A DNA stretch of 64,000 nucleotides from an uncultured bacterium (GTDB lineage Bacteria; Hydrothermota; UBA3073; NMUJ01; CBEVQO01), in NCBI GenBank assembly GCA_965552055.1, contig CBEVQO010000002.1, positions 64,001 to 128,000 of the forward strand. Reading direction: 5' to 3'. Numbering within the stretch: position 1 is the first letter of the stretch; every line of letters begins with the position of its first letter. Positions 1 through 9,984 of this stretch are shown here, one piece after another. The translations under genes and the position numbers were made by a program. The notes beneath the pieces were generated by a model. That model was not told the DNA's origin. It did not search any database and saw only the letters and a list, made by a program, of their open reading frames with translations.

Positions 1-176
1 TGCGAGGTCATCATCGTCATCCATGCAGGACAGGTTATGGGAGGCAATGTTGTGTGCATCCGTGCTACAATTCCATTTTCATACAGTTTTTTGAAGTTAG
101 GCAGGTCATTTATCCATTTTTCGTAATATAGCTCCGGGGGTGCACAATCAATCCCTATTACGAGCACTTTACTCAT
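1..176 (-). CDS. Alkaline phosphatase superfamily / type I phosphodiesterase family protein (5' part, runs off the window)
   Basis: Manual translation MSKVLVIGIDCAPPELYYEKWINDLPNFKKLYENG...TLPPITCPAWMTMMTS has the VIGxD and PPxTxPAW motifs; AGGAGG RBS upstream; not in the ORF track. Confidence 0.8.
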   Translation of the reverse strand, partial: MSKVLVIGIDCAPPELYYEKWINDLPNFKKLYENGIVARMHTTLPPITCPAWMTMMTS

Positions 177-325
177 TTCTCCTCCTTTTTAGTTTTTGAT
201 TTGGTCTTTAATCTGTCTGCTTCGAATCTGTCTATTTCTTCAAAGGATTTACCTTCGCTGAACCACTTTTTGAGTTGCCATTCAAAAGCTTTCTCTATTG
301 TTTTAAATTTTAAAATTTCAGCCAC
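173..325 (-). CDS. Small 50-aa hypothetical protein
   Basis: GTG start 2 nt after the stop of the upstream gene; MAEILKFKTIEKAFEWQLKKWFSEGKSFEEIDRFEADRLKTKSKTKKEEK; ATGA overlap with the next gene. Confidence 0.5.
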   Translation of the reverse strand: MAEILKFKTIEKAFEWQLKKWFSEGKSFEEIDRFEADRLKTKSKTKKEEK

Positions 326-327
326 TT

Positions 328-1662
328 TTATTTTATCTCTTTAACCCACTCAAATTCATAGACATAGGTATCAAACGAAGTTGCATATATTCTTAATTTG
401 CCCTCATTTCTACCATCTCCTATCGCTATACGCCACACTGGCCATAAAGCCGAGCCTACATCTCTTTTCACCCAATCTGAGCCTGTCCATTCAAACTCAT
501 AAACATGCCAGTCACCGCATGCAGAATATACTCTTGGCTTGCCATCTTCTTTTACTTCACCTATTGCTACACCTGCCATACCACCTTCACCTGAACCTAA
601 ATCAACTTTATTCCAGCCCGTGCCTGTACATTCGAATTCATAAACATGGTCATCCGCAGAACCTACATATATTCTTTGCTTGCCATCACCTCTGCCATCT
701 CCTATCGCTATGCCTCTTATCACATTTTCACATGTTCCAACAGTATTCTTCGTCCAGCTTGAACCTGTCCATTCGAATTCATAAAGATAACAATCCCAGC
801 CACCTGCATATACTCTTGGTTTGCCGTCTCCTTTAACCCTGCCTATTGCTACAACTACCATTTTATCTTTGCCTGAACCCACAATAGATTTAACCCATTC
901 CGTTCCTGTCCATTCAAATTCATAAATATTACTATCATGACAGGCAGCATAAACTCGTGGTTTGCCATCGCCTCTGCCATCACCTATTGCTATCATCCTC
1001 ATACCACTTCCACCATACCCTATATCATTTTTTACCCAATCAGAACCTGTGTATTCAAATTCATAGACATGTGCGTCATCGCATCCAACATAAATCCTTA
1101 ATTTGCCATCACCCCTGCCATCGCCTATTGTTACGCCTTCCATCCAGCCGTTCCCTGTGCCCACATCTTTTTGTGTCCAATTTTCTCCTGTCCATTCAAA
1201 TTCATATAAAGAATAATCTCTACTTCCAGCATAAACACAGTATTTGCCTTTTATATTTCCAACTGCGATTCCGAGCATCCTGTCCCAGCCCGCACCTATT
1301 GCCATTTGAGACCATTTACCCTGAACTATCAACCTATAACCCTGTGACCATTTTGAAAGATTGCCTTTTATATCTTTTGCCTGTGCCCTAATGTAATAAG
1401 TATCTGCCGATGAATACAGATGACTCATAGAGATTAAATGTCCTGTCAAAGTGTAATAACTCCAGTCAGATGCGAAGCCATCGCCCCAATCGACTCTTAT
1501 TGCTACTTCATCGCTGTCAGGGTCATCCGCACTCACTATGATTACAGCAGTATCACCTATTTTGATGCATGTATCACCTGAAATCGCAGGTGTATCTGGA
1601 GGCTTGTTTATAGCCCGCTTGCACCCAACTATAATGATTACTAAAATTAAGAAACGCTTCAT
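328..1662 (-). CDS. Lipoprotein with a PKD-like domain and a 7-repeat beta-propeller (FG-GAP-like)
   Basis: Lipobox IVGC; DWGDG PKD motif; 47-aa repeats GDGRGDGKxRIYxG..D..xYEFEWTG..W; GGAGG RBS. Confidence 0.8.
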   Translation of the reverse strand: MKRFLILVIIIVGCKRAINKPPDTPAISGDTCIKIGDTAVIIVSADDPDSDEVAIRVDWGDGFASDWSYYTLTGHLISMSHLYSSADTYYIRAQAKDIKGNLSKWSQGYRLIVQGKWSQMAIGAGWDRMLGIAVGNIKGKYCVYAGSRDYSLYEFEWTGENWTQKDVGTGNGWMEGVTIGDGRGDGKLRIYVGCDDAHVYEFEYTGSDWVKNDIGYGGSGMRMIAIGDGRGDGKPRVYAACHDSNIYEFEWTGTEWVKSIVGSGKDKMVVVAIGRVKGDGKPRVYAGGWDCYLYEFEWTGSSWTKNTVGTCENVIRGIAIGDGRGDGKQRIYVGSADDHVYEFECTGTGWNKVDLGSGEGGMAGVAIGEVKEDGKPRVYSACGDWHVYEFEWTGSDWVKRDVGSALWPVWRIAIGDGRNEGKLRIYATSFDTYVYEFEWVKEIK

Positions 1663-1888
1663 ACCTCCTCCTTATTCAACCAGACCACTTTTTATTTTAT
1701 ACACCTTAGAATTTTGTCAAGAAGAGATTTTATAAAGTTACAAATTCTGGCAAAAGAGATGACAAAGATGGTTATGTTTGGGTTTCTGGCAACGAAATTT
1801 AATTTTTTAGTTTTAATTAAGGATGCTTTTGTTGGACATAAGGGGTTTTCTCGTAATAAGTTACAAGTGCTTCGCGAGTATGCATGTT

Positions 1889-2317
1889 ATTAAAATTTTT
1901 AATGCGAGCGTAAGCGAGCCTATTACATAAGGGTTGTTTGTCACACCCCGAGCGGTTAGAGCGGAACTGCATTTTGAGGGATGTTTTGGACTTTTTGGCT
2001 GATGAGGTTTTGAAAGCGAAATGCAGTAAGGTGGTGATTGCGCTTTAGGTGGGAATTGGGGAATTTTAAGGGCGATGGGTACGGAAGCGGATGAAGGTTT
2101 TGTGGTGCGATACCACACTTATTACGGGCAAAGCGTTTTAAAAAGCCACATCGGTGTCAAGGCTGTGCCGAGCGGGATGCACTGCGTTTTGATAGGCGAT
2201 ATAGGACGGTTGACTTGACTTATTACGGATAAAGCGTTTCAAGTAGCCACAGCGTGTCAGGACTGTGTCCCGCGAGGGGTGTGCACATGGGAAGGTGGGG
2301 ACTGGGAGGCGGGGCTA
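1889..2317. repeat. Dispersed modular intergenic element, copy A
   Basis: Shares the CGAGCG(T)AAGCGAG, TTATTACGG..AGCCACA..GTGTCA and G-rich GGGGCTA terminal blocks with copies B-D. Confidence 0.85.
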
Positions 2318-2336
2318 AAAATTATAAAAATAGATT

Positions 2337-3824
2337 TTATTCCTTCCAGGTTTCGATTTGTGCTCTCTGTAATCTTCCCGAGTAATCTATATAAACTGTT
2401 TGAATTTCTGTGAAGATTTCGTAAACTGTCCATCCGCCTTCTCTATGTCCATTTCCTGTGTTCTTTATGCCTCCAAATGGCAAATGACACTCTGCTCCTA
2501 TCGTCGGTGCATTCACATAGGTTATCCCTGCTTCTATCAATTCGATTGCCTTCATAGCCTTCACAACATCTCTTGTATAAATGGATGAAGATAAACCATA
2601 ATTCGTCGAATTCATAACTTCTATTGCTTCTTCAAAACTTTTTACCTTTATCACGGATAACACGGGTCCAAAAATTTCTTCCTGTGCTATTCTCATATCG
2701 GGTTTTACATCTATGAAAATCGTTGGCTCATAGAAATATCCTTTATCGCATCCATTTTCGGTGTAGCGTTTGCCACCGCATACGAGTTTTGCACCTTCTT
2801 TTTTACCGAGTTCAACATAATATTCCACTTTTTTCAATTGCTTTTCACTTACAAGTGGTCCCATTTCTGTTTCGGGCTTCAATCCATCCCCTATCTTTAT
2901 CTTTTTTGCCCTTTCTACCAGCATTTCTACGAACCGGTCGTGTATTTTCTCGTGCAGGATAAGGCGTGATGTAGCGGTACAGCGCTGCCCTGTTGTACCA
3001 AATGCTCCCCATATTACTCCATCAAGGGCAAGTTCCAAATCTGCATCATCCATAACGATTTGTGCATTTTTGCCACCAAGTTCAAGGGATACCTTTTTCA
3101 ATGTTTTGCTTGATAGCTCACTTATTCTCTTACCTACTTCAACGGAACCCGTAAATGAAATGAGGTCTATTCCGGGATGACTGGCTATTGCTTCGCCTAT
3201 CACACCACCGGGTCCGTGCACAAGGTTTATAACTCCTTCTGGTACTCCTGCTTCGAGCAATATTTCCACAAGCTTTGTGGCTGTGTGAGGTGCTTCACGG
3301 GAAGGTTTGAAAACAACTGCATTTCCGCACACTATCGCAGGAAGTATCTTCCAGCATGGTATCGCCATCGGGAAATTCCAGGGCGTTATTATTCCGCAAA
3401 CTCCCACCGGTCGCCTGAATGTTATACAAACTTTATCTGTGAGCTCGGATGGCGTCGTAAAGCTGAACAATCTCCTTCCTTCTCCAAATGCGTAATATGC
3501 GGTGTCTATCCCTTCCTGCACATCTGCTTCTGTTTCCAGCAATATCTTACCCATTTCTCTTGTTGCTATTTTAGCGAGTTCTTTTTTTCTCTGCACGAGT
3601 AAGTCACCTACTTTTTTCATAACCTCTGCGCGCTTGGGTGCAGGTACCTGTCGCCACATCTTATACGCCTTTCTCGCAGCTTCTACTGCTTTCTCAACAT
3701 CTTCCGGAGTAGATTCAGGAAAAGTCCCTATTACATCGTCAACATTAGCAGGATTCCTTTTTTCGAAGCGCTTACCGGATACCGAATCACACCACTTACC
3801 ATTTATGAAATTTTTAAAATCCAT
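2337..3824 (-). CDS. Aldehyde dehydrogenase family protein
   Basis: ITPWNFP, FTGS, LELGGKN, GQRCT and EEIFGP motifs. Confidence 0.95.
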   Translation of the reverse strand: MDFKNFINGKWCDSVSGKRFEKRNPANVDDVIGTFPESTPEDVEKAVEAARKAYKMWRQVPAPKRAEVMKKVGDLLVQRKKELAKIATREMGKILLETEADVQEGIDTAYYAFGEGRRLFSFTTPSELTDKVCITFRRPVGVCGIITPWNFPMAIPCWKILPAIVCGNAVVFKPSREAPHTATKLVEILLEAGVPEGVINLVHGPGGVIGEAIASHPGIDLISFTGSVEVGKRISELSSKTLKKVSLELGGKNAQIVMDDADLELALDGVIWGAFGTTGQRCTATSRLILHEKIHDRFVEMLVERAKKIKIGDGLKPETEMGPLVSEKQLKKVEYYVELGKKEGAKLVCGGKRYTENGCDKGYFYEPTIFIDVKPDMRIAQEEIFGPVLSVIKVKSFEEAIEVMNSTNYGLSSSIYTRDVVKAMKAIELIEAGITYVNAPTIGAECHLPFGGIKNTGNGHREGGWTVYEIFTEIQTVYIDYSGRLQRAQIETWKE

Positions 3825-3841
3825 AACCCCTCCTGTTTAAA

Positions 3842-4573
3842 TCATTTTTCAAGTTTTTTAAGTAATCTTTTGCCTTCATTTAAACTTTTCTCATCTATTT
3901 CATCCAATGGTTTCATTTTTATCGCTTCTTTAAGAATTTTTTCTGCTTTTTCTTTTTCTTTTATTTTTAAATATGTTTTTGCAAGTTCTACTCTGTATTT
4001 TATTCTTTCTGGCTTTAATGCTATTGCTTTTTGTATGTAGAATATCGCTGAATCAAGGTAAGCCGGAGGCAATCCGCCGTAGATTATTTTCGCAAATGTT
4101 TTTAAAAAAGGAGACAAGGTAGCAACTTCTCTGTGCCACATCCCCAGAATAAACATTGCTTCGGGATAATCTGGTTTCAACTTTAAAGCAATTTGTGCAT
4201 GATGCTTTACTTCTTTAGATAATCTTACTTTGGCTTTGCCTCCCTTAAACAATGCAAGTTCACCTGAATTCCTTGCTATTTCGAAATGTAGTTCAGGAAC
4301 ATCATTTTTTATCTTTAGAGCCTCTTTTAAATAATTATCCGCAAGCTGAAAATATTTGCCACAAATTTTACCAGTGGTATCTTCTCCCAATCTATTGTAT
4401 GTTTTGCCTATGCGAAATTTTATGTCAAAATTATTATGATATAAACTATCTGCTTTGAGATAAAATTTTAATGCCCCGTGATATTTTTGAACCCGAAACA
4501 AACTATCGCCTATCTTAACATAGTGATTTATTGAAATTGTTTTCAGTATAAAAATTAAAATGGAAAATTTCAT
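3842..4573 (-). CDS. Secreted tetratricopeptide repeat protein
   Basis: Hydrophobic N-terminus; TPR-like helices (ALKLKPDY, AIALKPE). Confidence 0.75.
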   Translation of the reverse strand: MKFSILIFILKTISINHYVKIGDSLFRVQKYHGALKFYLKADSLYHNNFDIKFRIGKTYNRLGEDTTGKICGKYFQLADNYLKEALKIKNDVPELHFEIARNSGELALFKGGKAKVRLSKEVKHHAQIALKLKPDYPEAMFILGMWHREVATLSPFLKTFAKIIYGGLPPAYLDSAIFYIQKAIALKPERIKYRVELAKTYLKIKEKEKAEKILKEAIKMKPLDEIDEKSLNEGKRLLKKLEK

Positions 4574-4580
4574 TCTCCTC

Positions 4581-5621
4581 CTATTTTATTTTAATTATTT
4601 CGTAATCTTTTTTGCCAAGACCAATTTTTTCACCATACTCAATTTGTATTAAAGGTTCTGTTTTGGGATTTGCCTCTTTGAATAAATCTTTTTCTTTACA
4701 TATCATATCGTAAGACGCTTTATCGATTGCTACCGGGTCAAAACCCGCCAGTATCCCTTTGTCCTCACATAGTAATTTGCCGGATGTCCCTGCACAATCG
4801 CACAATGGTGTTATATCGATTAAAAAATTTATAAAACAAATTGGTTTTTGAAGTTTTAACACTCCGAGTGCATGTTCACATATTAACTCCTGAACCTTCC
4901 TTGTATCATCTTCCCATTTGATTCTTATTGCCCTTTGAGGACATGCGCCTATGCATTCAGCACATCCTATGCATTTTTCTTCGATTATCTTTTTGCTTTT
5001 ATAGTCAATTGCATCTGCTGGACAATGTTTTGCGCAAATACCACAGGAAATGCATTTTTCCTGGTCAATATAGGGTTTAACCTGGGAATGCATCTTTAAC
5101 TTTGCTTCTCTCGGTGTACACCCCATTCCAAGATTTTTTATGGCGCCACCGAATCCTGTGATTAAATGTCCAGTAAAGTGTGATACCACACAAACAGCAT
5201 CTGCTTCTGCTATTGCTTTTGCAATTTTTACTTTCTTAAAATTGGGTGCATCTATTTCAACTTCAACAAAATCCGTCCCGAGTAATCCATCTGCAATTAT
5301 AACAGGTGCAAAGTCAAATCCATGCTTTTTTGTGAGATTGAGATAATCTACTGCGTTCATCCTTTCACCACGATAAAGTGCAACGGTGTCTGTTAAAAAT
5401 GGTTTTAAGCCCTTTTCTTTTAATTTTTCATAAATCAATCGTATGAAAAGCGGATGCACATAAGTATAAACACCTTCTTCTCCCATGTGACATTTTATCG
5501 CACAAAGCCCACCTTTGGGGAAATTTTTAAATAAATCTGATTTTTCGATTAAATCTTCGAGTTTATCAAACATATTACGAGAAAGTGAAACTTCCATATC
5601 GATATAATAAATTTTTTTCAT
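4581..5621 (-). CDS. DUF362 family iron-sulfur protein with two 4Fe-4S motifs
   Basis: AIKCHMGE, SHFTGH, GGAIKNLGMG, DPVAID and two CxxCxxCxxxCP motifs; ATG at 5621 preferred over the TTG at 5627. Confidence 0.9.
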   Translation of the reverse strand: MKKIYYIDMEVSLSRNMFDKLEDLIEKSDLFKNFPKGGLCAIKCHMGEEGVYTYVHPLFIRLIYEKLKEKGLKPFLTDTVALYRGERMNAVDYLNLTKKHGFDFAPVIIADGLLGTDFVEVEIDAPNFKKVKIAKAIAEADAVCVVSHFTGHLITGFGGAIKNLGMGCTPREAKLKMHSQVKPYIDQEKCISCGICAKHCPADAIDYKSKKIIEEKCIGCAECIGACPQRAIRIKWEDDTRKVQELICEHALGVLKLQKPICFINFLIDITPLCDCAGTSGKLLCEDKGILAGFDPVAIDKASYDMICKEKDLFKEANPKTEPLIQIEYGEKIGLGKKDYEIIKIK

Positions 5622-5626
5622 CTGCA

Positions 5627-5653
5627 ATTATAAATAAATTGTGAGGATGTCAA
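5627..5653 (-). promoter_or_regulatory. Sigma70-type promoter TTGACA-N15-TATAAT, probably leaderless
   Basis: Perfect hexamers; -10 ends 5 nt before the ATG; no SD. Confidence 0.7.
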
Positions 5654-5695
5654 TGATTTTTAAAATTGTTTATCCCACCCACCCAGAGGTTTTTT

Positions 5696-5714
5696 CGAAG
5701 GGCTTCGCCCTCCG
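5696..5714. other. GC-rich hairpin (minus strand GAGGGC-GAA-GCCCTT) between divergent promoters
   Basis: Inverted repeat with a GAA loop visible in AT-rich DNA. Confidence 0.45.
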
Positions 5715-5775
5715 TGACCCATTTCTAAATCGTCAATATTACATAACTTTTTTTCAGCATTTTCTTAAAATTTTA

Positions 5776-5802
5776 TTGACAATTTAAGGAAGTGATTATA
5801 AA
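5776..5802 (+). promoter_or_regulatory. Promoter TTGACA-N15-TATAAA, probably leaderless
   Basis: -10 ends 6 nt before the ATG at 5809. Confidence 0.65.
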
Positions 5803-5808
5803 AAGAGT

Positions 5809-6024
5809 ATGGAAGTTACGAGAAATACCCGGGTTGATGAGCTTATTGACAGGTATCCCGATGTTATAAAGATTTTTCTTGATTTTGGACTATCAGGTAT
5901 TGCATGTGGTGATGCCTTCTGGGGGACAATTGAAGACCTTGCACGCTACAAAAATTTACCCGAAGAAAAATTACAAAAATTAATTGATGAAATTAATAAA
6001 ATGATTTCCAAAAAGGAGGGGTGA
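5809..6024 (+). CDS. DUF1858 family small protein
   Basis: T.VDELIDRYPDV..IF..FG...C....TIE pattern. Confidence 0.8.
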   Translation: MEVTRNTRVDELIDRYPDVIKIFLDFGLSGIACGDAFWGTIEDLARYKNLPEEKLQKLIDEINKMISKKEG

Positions 6025-6025
6025 T

Positions 6026-6388
6026 ATGGAAAAGAAATTTCAATTGTGGGAAATTGATTTTAAAAGTATCGGAAAATTAACTCCCGAAAAGGTAAGGGAT
6101 TTGATAATAGAATGCTTTTTTCATGCTCAAAAAGAAACTTTTAAATATACTAAGAAAAAACTTTATAAAAAAGAACCTACGGACGATGAGATAAGAAACA
6201 GCGTTATAACATTAGTCCAGATGACTTTTAAAGAAATAGGCGGTGACTTTGATAATCCTTCTCTGGATGCTTTAAAGAAAGTGGTAGAAAATCTGGCTAA
6301 AAAAGCAAAAGCATGGGGTACACCCGATGAAATAATAAATCATCATAAAAATCAAATCGAAAAATTAATAAAAATAGCAGGAGGCTAA
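6026..6388 (+). CDS. Hypothetical protein
   Basis: AAGGAGG RBS; tight operon spacing. Confidence 0.75.
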   Translation: MEKKFQLWEIDFKSIGKLTPEKVRDLIIECFFHAQKETFKYTKKKLYKKEPTDDEIRNSVITLVQMTFKEIGGDFDNPSLDALKKVVENLAKKAKAWGTPDEIINHHKNQIEKLIKIAGG

Positions 6389-6389
6389 A

Positions 6390-7751
6390 ATGATAGAAAA
6401 ATTAGAAAAACTTGTAAATGAATTTAAAGTTGATTATATGGATATAAGATTTGAGGAAGACCGTCTCATAAAAATATCTTTCAAAGGAAAGGAGCTCGAA
6501 AATCTATCTGACAGCATTACAAAGGGCTTTCATATCAGGGTCATCGCTGATGGCGGATTTGCCACCTGCACTGTAAATAATGAAAAAGAATTAAAAAGTG
6601 CTATTGAGCAAACAATTAGAGCTGCAAGATTATCTGCTAAATTCAATCCCAAAAAGGTAAAATTTAAATTACCCGAACCAGTAAAAGACGAAGTTTATCT
6701 AAAAATTAAGGACGATCCGAGAAAAATAAGTATAGATGAAAAATTTGAAATCCTGAAAAAATACAATGATTTGGTTTTAAGTTATGAAAAAATACAATCA
6801 ACTCAAATGGAATATGAAGAATGGAATAAGAAAAAATTTTTTGTAAGTTCCCATGGCACATCACTTTATTTTGAAGAAGTAATATGTGAAATATTTGGGC
6901 GTATTTTTGCGGGTGATGGCACAAAAGTTGAAGATGTGCGTGCAAGAGCAGGAGGTTCTCTTTCCTTTGATAAAATAAGGAATCGTGAAGAATTATTTGA
7001 AAACAGAACAAAAATAGCGATCGACCTTTTAAAAGCAAAAAAAGTTCCATCTGGCAGACACAGGGTATTGCTAAACCCGGACATGGTAGGTGTATTCATC
7101 CACGAAGCTTTTGGACATTTTAGCGAAGCAGACCATATAAAAGACCATCCAAAACTTCTCGAAAAATTCAAAATAGGTGAGAAAATAGCATCAGATTGCC
7201 TTACGGTGATAGATGACCCAACGATAAAAGGTATCCCCGGTTTTAAAATCTATGACGATGAAGGAGTGAAATCAAAGAAAACCTATCTCATAAAAAATGG
7301 TATATTAACAGGCAGATTACATTCTATGAGGACTGCTTATGAAATGGGAGAAGACCTGACTGGCAATGCTGTTGCGGTATCATGGCGATTTACACCCATT
7401 GTGCGTATGAGCAACATCTTTGTTAATAAAGGTGATAAAACTTTTTCAGAATTACTCGAGATTCTTGGTGATGGACTTTATATCTGTGATGCGAAAGGTG
7501 GTCAAACTATGGGCGATATGTTTTCGTTTGGAGCACAGTATGGGTTTGAAGTAAAAAATGGTAAAATTGGCAAAATGTACAAAGGAATAAATTTATCCGG
7601 AAATTTATTTACCACACTGATGAACATTGAAGCAGTTGGCAATGATTTATGCTTTGCTGAGGGCGGTGGTTGTGGTAAAGGAGGGCAATTGAATCCTCAA
7701 TCTGGTACAGGTGGCCCTCATATGATAATAAAAGAAGTAATAATAGGATAG
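6390..7751 (+). CDS. tldD: TldD family metalloprotease
   Basis: HEAFGH, YDDEG, RMSN and GCGKGGQ motifs. Confidence 0.93.
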   Translation: MIEKLEKLVNEFKVDYMDIRFEEDRLIKISFKGKELENLSDSITKGFHIRVIADGGFATCTVNNEKELKSAIEQTIRAARLSAKFNPKKVKFKLPEPVKDEVYLKIKDDPRKISIDEKFEILKKYNDLVLSYEKIQSTQMEYEEWNKKKFFVSSHGTSLYFEEVICEIFGRIFAGDGTKVEDVRARAGGSLSFDKIRNREELFENRTKIAIDLLKAKKVPSGRHRVLLNPDMVGVFIHEAFGHFSEADHIKDHPKLLEKFKIGEKIASDCLTVIDDPTIKGIPGFKIYDDEGVKSKKTYLIKNGILTGRLHSMRTAYEMGEDLTGNAVAVSWRFTPIVRMSNIFVNKGDKTFSELLEILGDGLYICDAKGGQTMGDMFSFGAQYGFEVKNGKIGKMYKGINLSGNLFTTLMNIEAVGNDLCFAEGGGCGKGGQLNPQSGTGGPHMIIKEVIIG

Positions 7752-7759
7752 GAGGAAAA

Positions 7760-9061
7760 ATGGACAAAATTTTGAAATTAGCAAAAGAATATGTTGATGA
7801 AGCCGAAGTTTATTATTTAAGGTCAAAGTCAATACCAATCGAGTTTCGTGATGAGAAAATGGAAGAGATATCAATGCACGAATATACGGAAGTCGCACTT
7901 AGGGTAATAAAAGATGGCAAACTCGGTATGAGCTATGGTTCTCCTGATGAACCTGATATCCTTGTAAAAAGTGCAGTAAAATCCGCAGAAACAGGTCCTA
8001 AAGTGAAATTTTCTTTTCCTGAGAAATCACAAATTATTGATTTTGAAAACTATGATGCGGAAATGGAAAATCCACCTGTTGAAGATTTTGCAGAAAAAAT
8101 GTTGAACAGAATAAAATGGATTAAAAAACACAATATAAAAACACCTGTTATGTGTTGGACAGGGATTGGCATTGCAGAAGTTACAATCGCAAATACAAAA
8201 GGACTAAATGTAAATTATAAAGTAAGTGCATTTACGCAATATTGGGTGATTGTATTACCTCAATCAGAGATGGGCCCTTATATAGTTGATGTTGACTACA
8301 AATTTAAAGAACTTGATGAACAAAAATTTGAAGAATTGATTAAAAAATTTGAAATCGCTCAGAAAAATGTCGATATTCCTACGAAGAAAATGAAAATTTT
8401 ATTTTCCCCCGAAGCTTTATGGACACTTGAATGGCGCATAATCGAAGCAATATCCGGTAAGAATTTAATCGAACATTTATCTCCTCTCGAAAATAAAATT
8501 GATGAAAAAATATTTGATGATAAAATAACGATTTACGAAGATCCGCATGCAAAAGGTTATTATTGGTCAAGACCTTTTGACGACGAAGGAGTACCTACTA
8601 AAAGGTTTCCCATAATCGAAAAAGGCGTTTTTAAAAATTTTATTTTTGACTTAAGAACAGCATCGGAATATGGCACAGAAAGCACGGGCAATGGCTACAA
8701 AAAAGGTCGCTGGTCAAGCGATGTGATTTCAGAACCTGTATCCCCTCACCCCTGTCATCTCGTCTGGGAACCTGGTGACCTCTCTGTAAAAGAACAAATT
8801 GAATCCATTGACGAAGGACTTATTTGTGAAGATTTGCTCGGAGCACACTCTGGAAACATTATCGCAGGACAATTCTCAATGAATGTAGGTATGGGATTTT
8901 ATGTAAAAGATGGAAAAATTCTTGGAAGAGCAGTAGATACAATGATTTCCGGAAACATCTATGATATTTTTAAAAATATACATTCTATAAGCAAAGAAAG
9001 AAACTACAGTTTAAAACCATGGATTTTATTTAATGAAATTCAGGTTGCAGGTAAAGGTTAG
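7760..9061 (+). CDS. pmbA: PmbA/TldE family protein
   Basis: FDDEG and STGNG motifs, no HExxH, directly after tldD. Confidence 0.88.
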   Translation: MDKILKLAKEYVDEAEVYYLRSKSIPIEFRDEKMEEISMHEYTEVALRVIKDGKLGMSYGSPDEPDILVKSAVKSAETGPKVKFSFPEKSQIIDFENYDAEMENPPVEDFAEKMLNRIKWIKKHNIKTPVMCWTGIGIAEVTIANTKGLNVNYKVSAFTQYWVIVLPQSEMGPYIVDVDYKFKELDEQKFEELIKKFEIAQKNVDIPTKKMKILFSPEALWTLEWRIIEAISGKNLIEHLSPLENKIDEKIFDDKITIYEDPHAKGYYWSRPFDDEGVPTKRFPIIEKGVFKNFIFDLRTASEYGTESTGNGYKKGRWSSDVISEPVSPHPCHLVWEPGDLSVKEQIESIDEGLICEDLLGAHSGNIIAGQFSMNVGMGFYVKDGKILGRAVDTMISGNIYDIFKNIHSISKERNYSLKPWILFNEIQVAGKG

Positions 9062-9063
9062 AT

Positions 9064-9984
9064 TTATTTTATCAACTCAATTAATTTTGAAAATAAGAGG
9101 GAAAGCGATAGCACATCCTGTCTATTATGCTCTATCAAAGGCACAAGTGGACCCGGATTTTTATGTCTCAAATATTCTCTGTAAAAATAAGGAACAAGAT
9201 AACTATCTACATCTTCTTCTCTATTTATCCCAAGTACACGTTTTTCTATCGTCAACAATCTACAATTTGGCAACTTGCCACGCCATACTCTTCTTGAGAA
9301 AAGCAGAAGGTCAAAATTAGCACGCCTTAAGTCATAACATAGCCCATGATAGCGTAACCTCTCGGCAATAAACGGAACATCGAATTTTTTGCCATTAAAG
9401 GTGACAAAAGCACTCTTATCTGTAATCATTTTCATAAATTCAAATAAAATACTTTTTTCTTCGTCAATATCTCTTGCGAGAAATTGTTTTACAGAAAGTG
9501 CACCATTTTCAAATCGTGCTACACCGATCAAAATAACAGGATTAAATGTGCTCAAACCCATTGTCTCAATATCAAAAAATAAAAAATCCGTCTTTTTATG
9601 AAAGCCCGAAAGAAACAAACTTAAAGGATGAGATTTTGAAAAGCGCCTCTCCACTATTCTTTGCAATTCATAAGTATTTCTTCTGTAATAAACTTCCAGA
9701 AAATCTCTCGCATAAAGACAATAATGGGGATGATTTAAAAGTTTGTCTATCGTTCGATAACCCTGTGATTTCAACATCCTCTCTGTGGAACGCCTTATCT
9801 CCCTTATCAGCTTTAAATCTGTTATAAATCTACGATGCACACGCTCAGGAGAATAATTTGCCAATTTCACATCATACCTGTTTTCTATCAAATAGCATCT
9901 ACCAAATTCGTTTTCTATCTCTATTCCTTTGAAAATATCTTCCAGTAATTTGCCCTTATATCTCTCAAGGTATTCTCTAACCAT
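9064..9984 (-). CDS. YprB-like RNase H-fold exonuclease
   Basis: FFDIETMGL, TFNGKKFDVP and HNRQDV motifs. Confidence 0.85.
   Translation of the reverse strand: MVREYLERYKGKLLEDIFKGIEIENEFGRCYLIENRYDVKLANYSPERVHRRFITDLKLIREIRRSTERMLKSQGYRTIDKLLNHPHYCLYARDFLEVYYRRNTYELQRIVERRFSKSHPLSLFLSGFHKKTDFLFFDIETMGLSTFNPVILIGVARFENGALSVKQFLARDIDEEKSILFEFMKMITDKSAFVTFNGKKFDVPFIAERLRYHGLCYDLRRANFDLLLFSRRVWRGKLPNCRLLTIEKRVLGINREEDVDSYLVPYFYREYLRHKNPGPLVPLIEHNRQDVLSLSLLFSKLIELIK

Noticed and set aside
1861..2118. 85-aa minus-strand ORF (and the 70-aa ORF at 15538-15750)
   Set aside because: They lie inside the non-coding repeat, have atypical composition, and the frame is not kept between copies
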